Below are positions 52,756 through 62,496 of a DNA stretch of 64,000 nt, piece by piece (positions within the stretch are counted from its first letter, which is position 1; the number at the start of each line of letters is the position of its first letter). The notes below the pieces were generated by a model. That model searched no databases, was not told the origin of the DNA, and saw only the letters and a program-made list of their open reading frames with translations. This stretch comes from Mobula hypostoma (taxonomy: Eukaryota). The translations under genes were made by a program, and so were the position numbers. The stretch covers positions 138,324,001 through 138,388,000 of the forward strand of contig NC_086097.1 in assembly GCF_963921235.1 (NCBI RefSeq), given 5' to 3'.

Positions 52756-54087
52756 AGTTTGTGGTTGAACCCATCAGGGGAAACACAATACTGGATTGTG
52801 TATTATGCAATGAACCAGATTTGATTAGGGGGCTTAAGGCAAAGGAACCTTGAAGAGGCAGTGATCATAATAAGACGGAATTCACCTCGCAGTTTGAGAA
52901 GCTAAAACTGGATGCATCAGTATTACAGCAGCCTAAAGAGAATTACAGAAGAATGAGAGGGGAGCTGGCCAATGTTGATTAGAAGGGGACACTGGCAGGG
53001 AGGATGACAGAACAGCAATGGCTGCAGCAACTGGGAGCAATTTGAAAGGCGCAGGAAAAATACATCCCTAAGATGAAGTTGTATTTTAAAGGGAGGATGA
53101 CGCAACCTTGTCTGACAACTGAAGTCAAAAATCAGCATAAAAGCAAAAGAGAGGGTATACAAAATAGCAAAAATTAGTGAGAAAGTAGAGGATTAGGAAT
53201 CTTTTATAAACCAGAGGGCAACTAAAAAAATCATAAAGAGAGAAAAGATGAAATATGAAAGTAAGGTCGCCAAAAAAATAGAAGAGAATACAAAAAACCT
53301 CTTGTATAAAGAGTGAAAGAGAGACAAGAGTGGATATCAGACTGCTGGAAAATGATGCTGGTGTGGTAGTGATGGGGGACAAATGTAATAAGTATTGTGC
53401 ATTAGCCTTTGCTGTGGAAGACATGAGTAGAATGGCAGCAGTGCAAGACTGTCGGGAGGCAGAAGTGGCTGTAGTTGCTGTTACCAAGGAGAAGGTGCTC
53501 GGGAAACTGAAAAGTCTGAAGACCTGGACCAGGTGGATTACACCAGATATTGAAAGAGATAGGGAGCGCGAAGTGCAGAATCAAATATCACTGTGATGAT
53601 TGTACGCTCTAGTATCAATTGTTTGGCGACAATAAAGTATTAAGTAAATAAGAGATTGCGGAGGCATTATTAATGATCTTTCAAAATCACTAGATTCTGG
53701 AATGGTTCCAGAGGACTGGAAAATTGCAAATGTCATTCCACTCCTTAAGTAGGGAAGGAGGCAGAAGTGGTGAAATTATAGGCCAGTTAGCCTGACTTCA
53801 GTGGTTGGAAGGATGCTGGAATCTATTTTTACGGACGAGATTTCAGGGTACTTGGAGGCACATGGCAAAATAGGCCAAAGTCACCATGCCTTCCTTGGGG
53901 GAAATCTTGCCCGACAAATTTGTTGGAATTCTTTGAGGAGATAACAGATATGATAGACAAAGTAGAGTCAGTGGATATCGCTTATTTAGATTTTCAGAAA
54001 GTCTTTAACAAGGTGTTGCACATGAAACTGCTTAACAAGATAAAAGCTGATTCTTTTACAGGAAAGATACAAGCATGGATAGAACTC

Positions 54088-55153
54088 AAACACAAGGAAA
54101 TCTGCAGATGCTGGAATTTCAAGCAACACACATAAAAGTTGCTGGTGAACGCAGCATGTCAGGCAGCATCTCTAGGAAGAGGTACAGTCGACGTTTCAGG
54201 CCGAGACCCTTCATCAGGACTAACTGAAAGAGCAGCTAGTAAGAGATTTGAAAGTGGGCGGGGGAGGGGGATATCCAAAATGATAGGAGAAGACAGGAGG
54301 GGGAGGGATGGAGCCAAGAACTGGACAGTTGATTGGCAAAAGGGATATGACAGGATCATGGGACAGGACGCCTAGGGAGAAAGAAAAGGGGGAGGGGGGA
54401 AAACCAGAGGATTGGCAAGGGGTATAGTGAGGGGGACAGAGGGAGAAAGAAGAGAGAGAGAGAAAAAGAATGTGTGTATATAAATAAATAACGGATGGGG
54501 TACGAGGGGGAGGTGGGGCATTAGCGAAAGTTTGAGAAGTCAATGTTCATGCCATCAGGTTGGAGGCTACCCAGACGGAATATAAGGTGTTGTTCCTCTA
54601 ACCTGAGTGTGGCTTCATCTTTACAGTAGAGGCGACCGTTCTGATATGTCTATCCATGGCCTCCTCTACTGTAAAGATGAAGCCACACTCAGGTTGGAGG
54701 AACAACACCTTATATTCCCTCTGGGTAGCCTCCAACCTGATGGCATGAACATTGACTTCTCAAACTTCCGCTAATACCCCACCTCCCCCTCGTACCCCAT
54801 CCGTTATTTATTTACTTATATACACACATTCTTTTCCTCTCTCTCCTTTTTCTCCCACTGTCCCTCTCACTATACCCCTTGCCCATCCTCTGGGCTTCCC
54901 CCTCCCCCTTTTCTTTCTCCCTAGGCCTCCTGTCCCATGATCCTCTCGTATCCCTTTTGCCAATCAACTGTCCAGCTCTTGGCTCCATCCCTCCCCCTCC
55001 TGTCTTCTCCTATCATTTTGGATCTCTCCCTCCCCCTCCCACTTTCAAATCTCTTACTAACTCTTCCTTCAGTTAGTCCTGACGAAGGGTCGACTGTACC
55101 TCTTCCTAGAGATGCTGCCTGGCCTGCTGCGTTCACCAGCAACTTTTATGTGT
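54088..55153. mobile_element. Young PLE fold-back element (about 1.07 kb) with near-perfect inverted arms of about 500 bp
   Basis: The left arm is 54088-54632 (minus) and the right arm 54639-55153 (plus), joined by the filler CGACCG. The host sequence CATGGATAGAA is present on both sides. It belongs to the same subfamily as 21126-22252. Confidence 0.95.
54186..54221 (-). ncRNA. Minimal type I hammerhead ribozyme motif with an intact core
   Basis: Minus strand reads AGTC-CTGATGA-AGGGTCTCGGCCT-GAAA-CG-TC^GACT. Stem I is AGUC/GACU, stem II is AGG/CCU, and a palindromic ACGU replaces stem III. Confidence 0.8.
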
Positions 55154-56269
55154 ATAACATGGATAGAAGATTGGATATAACATAGATATAACATGGATAG
55201 AAGATTGGCTGATTGGCAGGAGGCAAAGAGTGGGAATAAAGGGGGCCTTTCTAGTTGGCTCCCTGTGACTAGTGGTGCACACTGCTCCCTGTGCAGTGGT
55301 TGGTGTTGGGACTACTTCTTTTCACATTATACATCAATGATTTAGATGAAGGAATTAAAGACTTTGTGGTCAGTTTTGCAGATGATACGAACATAGTTGG
55401 AGGGGTAGGTAGTGTGAGGAAGCAGGGTGTCTACAGAAGGACATAAATGGGCAAAGTGACAGATGAAAAATAATGTAGGGAAGTGTATGGTCATGCACGT
55501 CTGTAGAAGGAAAAAGGCGTGGACTATTTTCTAAACGGGAAGAAAATTGAAAGATCAGAGATGTAAAGGGACTTGGGAGTCCTTGTGCAGGATTCCTAAA
55601 AGTGTTAAGGAAGGAAAATGCAATGTTAGCGTTCCTTTCAAGAGGTCTAGAATATAAAAGCAAGGACATAATGCTGAAGCTTTATAAGCCATTGGTCAGA
55701 TGGCACTTGGAATATTGTGAAAAGTTTTGGGCCCCTTATCTATGAAAAGATGTGCTAGCATTGGAGAGAGTTCAGAGGTTTGCAAGAATTATCCCAGGAA
55801 GGAAAGGGTTAACATATGAGATGTGTTTGATGACCTGTACTTGATGGGGTTTAGAAGAATTGGGGCAGGGGGATCTCATTGAAACCAATTGGATACAGAA
55901 AGACCTGGATAGAGTGGATGTGGAGAGGATGCTTCCGAAAGTGGGGAAGTCTTAAGACCAGAGGCCACAGCCTCAGAATAGAGGGACATCCATTTAGAAC
56001 AGAGATGAGAAAAAAAAATTAGGCAGCTGTGCAGGCTAAATCATTGGGTACATTTAAGGCAGAGTTTGATGGGTTCTTGATTAGTCAGGGTGTGAAAGGT
56101 TACAGTGAGAAGCCCGAAGAATGGGGTTGAAAGATAATATATCAGCCATGATGTAATGGCAGAGTAGACTCAATGGGCTGAATGCCCTAATCCCATTCTT
56201 ATGTTTTATAGTTTTTCACATCTATATTTCAGCCAGTCAGTATTGTTAAGATACTTACTGAACCAATTA

Positions 56270-57350
56270 GAAGAATTGGTGATGTTCACTCCTAGGACTT
56301 TGTAGATCTCAACCTCAGCACTGTTGATGTGGACAGAAACATATGCACCAACCCCTTTCTGAAGACAATGACCAACTCTTGTTTTGCTGACATTGAGGGA
56401 AAGGTTGTCGTCATGACAGCACATCACTAAATGCCATCTCCTTCCTATACTCAGCCTCATTATTTGAAATTTGGCCCAAAATGGTGATATCACCTGCAAA
56501 TTTGTAGATGGAGTTAAAAGCAGAATCTACAATGCAGAATTATCAAAGGTCAGAAGGCTGAGGAGACAACCTTCTGGAGCACTGGTGTTGAGAATAATTG
56601 TGGTGGAGGTGCTGCTGTCGATCCTTACCGATTATAGTCTGTTGAATCAGAAGTCAAGGATTTAGTTGGATTTCCATGGTCCAGAGTTTGGTTATGTGTT
56701 TGCCTGGAATTTTCATATTGAAGTCAGTGCTGTAGTCAAAAGGCAATGGTTTAATATGGGAATCTTTACTCTCCAAATGCTCCAAAAATTAGCGTAGGGC
56801 TAGGGAGATGCATCCACTGTAGACCTGTTTCAGCAGTAAGCATATTATAATGTTTTCAGGTTGGGTGGAAGGCTGGAGTTGATGCATGCCACAAGTAGCC
56901 TCTCAAAGCACCTCACAATGATAGAAAACAGAGCCAGTGGGAAGTATTCATTAAGGCACATTATCTTGTTTTTTCTTGGGTACTGGGATGAAAGTGGTCT
57001 TTTTAAAGCAGGAGGAAACCAGAGCCTGAAGTAGAGACAGGGTAAAAATGTCTGCAAGTACTCCTACCAGCTGTTCTGTGCAGGATCTGAAGACGTAGCC
57101 AGGGACAGCATTCAGGCCTGATGTTTCCCACGGGTTTACCCTGCAGACATCTGATCTTACAAACCCAACAGAGACTCTGGATTCAGGTGCACTGGAGACT
57201 ATCAGGGTGAGTGGTGACATTCACATTCCCTTCTGTTCAAAACATGCACAGAATGTATTAAACTCATCAGAGAGGGTGTGCTATAGTGGGCAATGCTGGC
57301 CATCTTCATTTCGTAATCAGTGATAGTATGCAAGCCCTGCCACAGCTGAT
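56270..57350 (-). mobile_element. Degraded Rex1/Babar LINE ORF
   Basis: Peptides RSCTEQLVGVLADIF..FKKTTFIPVPKK, IVRCFERLL and CCHDDNLSLNVSKT. Confidence 0.85.
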
Positions 57351-57672
57351 GTCTGCGGAAGAATGACAACTGCACATTTTCCTCCATAAATGCTGAGTTC
57401 ATGTGTTGATCCAGATTTCCAGCACCTGCAGTCTCTCGTGTCTCTGAGGGGCAAGGTTTTTTTTTTAAATATGTAGAGTGGTTGTTATCTGGAACAGGCA
57501 CTTTAATAGCAAAAGCACAGGAGGTTATGATCCTAAGGTGAGCAGATGGAATTAATATTGATGGGGAGAAAGGTTTGCATGGATGTAGTGGGCTCAAAGG
57601 CCCATTTCTACGCTGCAACACTACGGGATTTGGGAATGTTGTACTATTGGAGTTGATGTTTAGAACCAAGTA

Positions 57673-57911
57673 CACTCACTGGCCACTTTACCAGGTACAT
57701 CATTTCATTAGTGCAAATATCTAATCAGCCAACATGTGGCATCAACTCAAAGCAAAAATGCATGCGGACTTGGTCAAGAGATTCAGTTGACGTGCAGAAC
57801 AAACATGAGAAAGAAGAAATGTGACCATGTGACTTTGATCGTGGAATGCTTATTGCTGCCAGATGGGGTCATTTGAGTACAAGATGTATTTAGTAAGGTG
57901 GCTACTGACTG
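57673..57911. mobile_element. Tc1-derived MITE
   Basis: TA|CACTCACTGGCCACTTTACCAGGTACATC ... GATGTATTTAGTAAGGTGGCTACTGACTG|TA, imperfect TIRs. Confidence 0.75.
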
Positions 57912-58246
57912 TATATATCCTTTCAGGTGGATGTGAAGGATTTCACAATATATCTGATATATTTTTAAGAGCAGGGAATTCTCCCCAGTGTTCTGAACAA
58001 TACGCATCTCTCTGCTTAAGTTAACAAAACAGCTCAAACGTCACTTATTGCTGTCTGCAAGATCCATCTGTGCACTGGCTGACTGCAGAGATTCCCACAT
58101 TTCAAAAGTCACCACACAGCAAGCGTTTAACTGGCTCTGGATATCCTGAAGTCATGAAAGACATATAGAAATCAAAGCCCTTTGTTTTAATAAAATCGTA
58201 TTACTTTACCCTTTGAGGTTTATGGCGTATTTTGCTACAAATTGTG

Positions 58247-59687
58247 TTCTATTAAAAAAGGAGGGAGAGAGAAACCGGGGAATTATAGGCCGGTTAGCCT
58301 AACGTCGGTGGTGGGGAAACTGCTGGAGTCAGTTATCAAGGATGTGATAACAGCACATTTGGAAAGCGGTGAAATGATCGGACAAAGTCAGCATGGATTT
58401 GTGAAAGGAAAATCATGTCTGACGAATCTCATAGAATTTTTTGAGGATGTAACTAGTAGAGTGGATAGGGGAGAACCAGTGGATGTGGTATATTTGGATT
58501 TTCAAAAGGCTTTTGACAAGGTCCCACATAGGAGATTAGTGTGCAAACTTAAAGCACACGGTATTGGGGGTAAGGTATTGGTGTGGGTGGAGAATTGGTT
58601 AGCAGACAGGAAGCAAAGAGTGGGACTAAACGGGACCTTTTCAGAATGGCAGGCGGTGACTAGTGGGGTACCGCAAGGCTCAGTGCTGGGACCCCAGTTG
58701 TTTACAATATATATTAATGACTTGGATGAGGGAATTAAATGCAGCATCTCCAAGTTTGCGGATGACACGAAGCTGGGTGGCAGTGTTAGCAGTGAGGAGG
58801 ATGCTAAGAGGATGCAGGGTGACTTGGATAGGTTGGGTGAGTGGGCAAACTCATGGCAGATGCAATTTAATGTGGATAAATGTGAAGTTATCCACTTTGG
58901 TGGCAAAAATAGGAAAACAGATTATTATCTGAATGGTGGCCGATTAGGAAAAGGGGAGGTGCAACGAGACCTGGGTGTCATTATACACCAGTCATTGAAA
59001 GTGGGCATGCAGGTACAGCAGGCGGTGAAAAAGGCGAACGGTATGCTGGCATTTATAGCGAGAGGATTCGAGTACAGGAGCAGGGAGGTACTACTGCAGT
59101 TGTACAAGGCCTTGGTGAGACCACACCTGGAGTATTGTGTGCAGTTTTGGTCCCCTAATCTGAGGAAAGACATCTTTGCCATAGAGGGAGTACAAAGAAG
59201 GTTCACCAGATTGATTCCTGGGATGGCAGGTCTTTCATATGAAGAAAGACTGGATGAACTGGGCTTGTACTCGTTGGAATTTAGAAGATTGAGGGGGGAT
59301 CTGATTGAAACGTATAAGATCCTAAAGGGATTGGACAGGCTAGATGCAGGAAGATTGTTCCCGATGTTGGGGAGGTCTAGAACGAGGGGTCACAGTTTGA
59401 GGATAGAGGGGAAGCCTTTTAGGACCGAGGTTAGGAAAAACTTCTTCACACAGAGAGTGGTGAATCTGTGGAATTCTCTGCCACAGCAAACTGTTGAGGC
59501 CAGTTCATTAGCTATGTTTAAAAGGAAGTTAGATATGGCCCTTGTGGCTACAGGGGTCAGGGGGTATGGAGGGAAGGCTGGGTTCTGAGTTGGATGATCA
59601 GACATGATCATAATAAATGGCGGTGCAGGCTCGAAGGGCCGAATGGCCTACTCCTGCACCTATTTTCTATGTTTCTATGTTTCTATA
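58247..59687 (+). mobile_element. Young 5'-truncated CR1 LINE with an uninterrupted RT domain and C-terminus (448-codon ORF 58242-59588)
   Basis: Motifs [53 protein letters not shown] and RPHLEYCVQFW with no stops. 3' hairpin region followed by (TTTCTATG)n. No endonuclease domain and no true start codon. Confidence 0.97.
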
Positions 59688-59689
59688 AC

Positions 59690-61005
59690 ATCAAACACCA
59701 GAAGACATGCTTTTAAGGCTGGGTGGGAGGGGGGAGAAGCTTAAAGGCAACGTGAGAGCCAAGTTTTCCTTGTGAGAGTGGCAAGTGTCTACAATGGCCA
59801 GATCAGTAATGGAAACAGGCATTTTAGTGGAGTTTTAGAGGCTTTTAGACACATGAATATGGAGAGAATGGAGATAGATGGATCATACACAGGAGGAGGA
59901 TATAGAGCATAAATTAGCGTCACGACTGGAACATGGTGGGCCAGGTGACCTTCCAGTACTGTAGTGATTTATATTCTATAATAACAGAACATTATTGTCT
60001 TAAAATCAGACCAAAACATTTATATTGAATAAGACAATGCCAAAATAAAACAAATATTTTGTGCCAATCTCCCTGCCTAATGAAGGAAATACTTGAAACA
60101 GAGGGACAGTAATGAAAATCCAAAAGATTGCTTCATAGAATTAGGAGGTGTGCCCATCAAGGAGAGTTTAAGCAGAATGAATGCATAGTTCAGTGAATTT
60201 AGAAGAATCAGTGCATATCTCATTGGAACATACAAAACTCCAAGAAGATACAATAGGATAGGCGCAGGCTTATTATGTGTCCCCCTTGCTGAAGCATTAA
60301 AAATCTGTGGTCATTCAGGACTGAGATAAGAAATCACTTCACCTAGAGCACGGCGCATCTGTAGAATTCTCTATTCGTGCATGTTTTTAAGGCTCAGTAT
60401 AGTGAGTGGAGTCAGAGAAATAGTGAGTGATAGATATGGCAAGAATCAAGGGATACAGGGTTAATGCAAGAAAGTAATTTTGAAGATCGGTCAGATTCTC
60501 GATGAAGAGTATAGCAGGAGTGTAGGGACTGAATTGTCCACAGAGGCAATGTACAAATTTCCAGCTTCTGTCATGAACACAGACTTTGAGCCTATACTCG
60601 CTGGGGTTTAGAAGAATGAGGGAGTGATCTCTTTGAAACCTACCGAATATTGAAAGGCCTATATAGTGGCTATGGAGAGGATGCTTCAAATAGGAGCTTC
60701 TAGGATCAGAGGGCTCAGCCTTGGAATACAAGGATGTCCCTTTAGAACAGAGATGAGGAGTAATTCCATGAGCCAGAGGGTGGTGAATCTGTGGAATTCA
60801 TTGTCGCAGACTTCCGTGGAGGCCAAGTCATCAGGTATATTTAAAGTGGAGGTTGATAGGTTCTTGATTAGTAACAATAAAGGTTTTGGAGAGCAGACAG
60901 GTGAATGAGGGTTGAGAGGTAAAAATAAATCACCCATGATGGAATGGTAGAACAATCCTGATGGTCTGAATAGTCTAATTCTGTTCTTGTATCCTATGGT
61001 CTTAT
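59690..61005 (+). mobile_element. Stack of three old CR1 3' fragments
   Basis: Repeated degraded FRRMR..LIETY and QRVVNLWNSL motifs at about 59690-59980, 60120-60560 and 60585-61005. Confidence 0.7.
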
Positions 61006-61344
61006 TAACTAAACATGTTTAGATAATAAACAGATCGACTTTCAAACCAATATGACCGATAATGCATGTCAGTTATCAGGTTGACACTTGCAAGTGTTAT
61101 AAGGTATAAAAGTGTTATTAAAATAATATAATAGTTGGGTAATCCTCTCTATGATAACTTGATGTGAGGCAGTTTCTCAGCAGACACTGACTGAAAAGTT
61201 TGTTTCTTTAAGTTTCTCTTCAAACTTGCTTCAGAATGTTGGCATTTTAACGGACAGAGCAAGCCATACCCAGCATCCTTCACAAACACCGAACTACTGA
61301 GTGAACAATGCACCCTGTACCTTAAACACTAAAGGTACAGGCTG

Positions 61345-61540
61345 CATCTAAAGCAATCAACAAGATACTGGAGGAACTCAAAGGGCCAGGCAGCATTTGT
61401 GGAGGGAAAGGAACAGTTAACATTTTGGGTCAAGACATTCATCTTTGGTACAGATTAAGGGTGTAGAGGCAAAACACTGACTGTCCATTTCCCTCCATAG
61501 AAGCTGCCTAGCCCAGTGAGATCGTCCACCATCTAGTCTG
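61345..61540. mobile_element. Old short PLE fold-back element (about 200 bp)
   Basis: The left arm CTGGAGGAACTCAAAGGGCCAGGCAGCATTTGTGGAGGGAAAGGAACAGT is inverted in the right arm ACTGTCCATTTCCCTCCATAGAAGCTGCCTAGCCCAGTGAGATCGTCCA. Eroded hammerhead remnants meet at the centre. Confidence 0.75.
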
Positions 61541-62496
61541 CATCTTAGCCACTGGCTGACACTGGCTACTAACCTGGTTGCTCCACAGTTTTACAAATCT
61601 CACCTTTGTTTGTAAAGTCCTCACAGCCTCATCCTTGTCCCATCACTGTGGTCTATGGCTCCTTTGGATTCTCATTTTGAACACTCCACCACTGACAGCT
61701 ACATCTTCAGCTGACATCAGGACTGGAAAGTTCTCTTTTAATCTCCAGCTTTTTTTAAAAACACATTCAACATAAAACATGCTCCTTCACTGACCTGAGA
61801 CATAAACTGTTCCTTACTCCACTGATGTTGCCTGACCTGCTGAGGGTTTCCACATTTTCAGCCTTTATTTGTACTAATACCTCCAGTGCAAATTTTTGAG
61901 CATTAGACTCCTGAAAAACTTGAGATATTTGGCTGCTAAATAATGGCTGGTTGCTGGCACTGCTACTACAGCAATTATGCTTCATCAATTCTGACATCAC
62001 AAATATAACATTTAGCTCTATTCCTAACATTCAGTCTGCTGGTGCAGGAAGAATGCCATGCTTAACTGCAAATAATTGAAGCCATTCATTTTAAGAGGCA
62101 AATAGTGGGAATTTACATCCATTTACTTAAATTACAAAAAAAAAGAACATTTTTCTTATAAACTCATATTAGATGGTCAATGTCAGGTGAGGTCATGAAA
62201 GGAATAATTGGCAATGATTTTCAAAGAAAATTATTTGTGCATGAACAGGGGAAAGAAAAATGGAAATTTACCATGTTAATTTGAATTCCAAATATTACAC
62301 ATTAGTTATATTGCTGGCATTGTGGAATCTATTTACAATTTCTTGTCAAATAATTTATGGCATAGCTAACATTCTATCACACCTTCCAACCATACAACTC
62401 AGATTGGTTATTAAAAAATTAAAAGCACTGAGTGTGATATTTAGAGCTGGAACCAGAAGTTTAATACATGTTCATCATATTTCCTTTTAGTATGAA

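Larger units (their letters stand above)
52760..56205 (+). mobile_element. Long degraded CR1 ORF2, host of the fold-back at 54088-55153 and of a short insert at 53561-53649
   Basis: Peptides ILDCVLCNEP, SGMVPEDWKIANV, LLEFFEEIT..YLDFQKVFNKV and FADDTNIVG. The short insert is flanked by AAGAGAT twice. Confidence 0.9.

Noticed and set aside
58242..59588. 448-aa ORF as a host gene or a bacterial-type RT system (retron, DGR, group II intron)
   Set aside because: The motifs and the (TTTCTATG)n tail are those of a 5'-truncated CR1 LINE. The listed start is a non-ATG codon in flanking DNA, and many decayed paralogues occur in the window.
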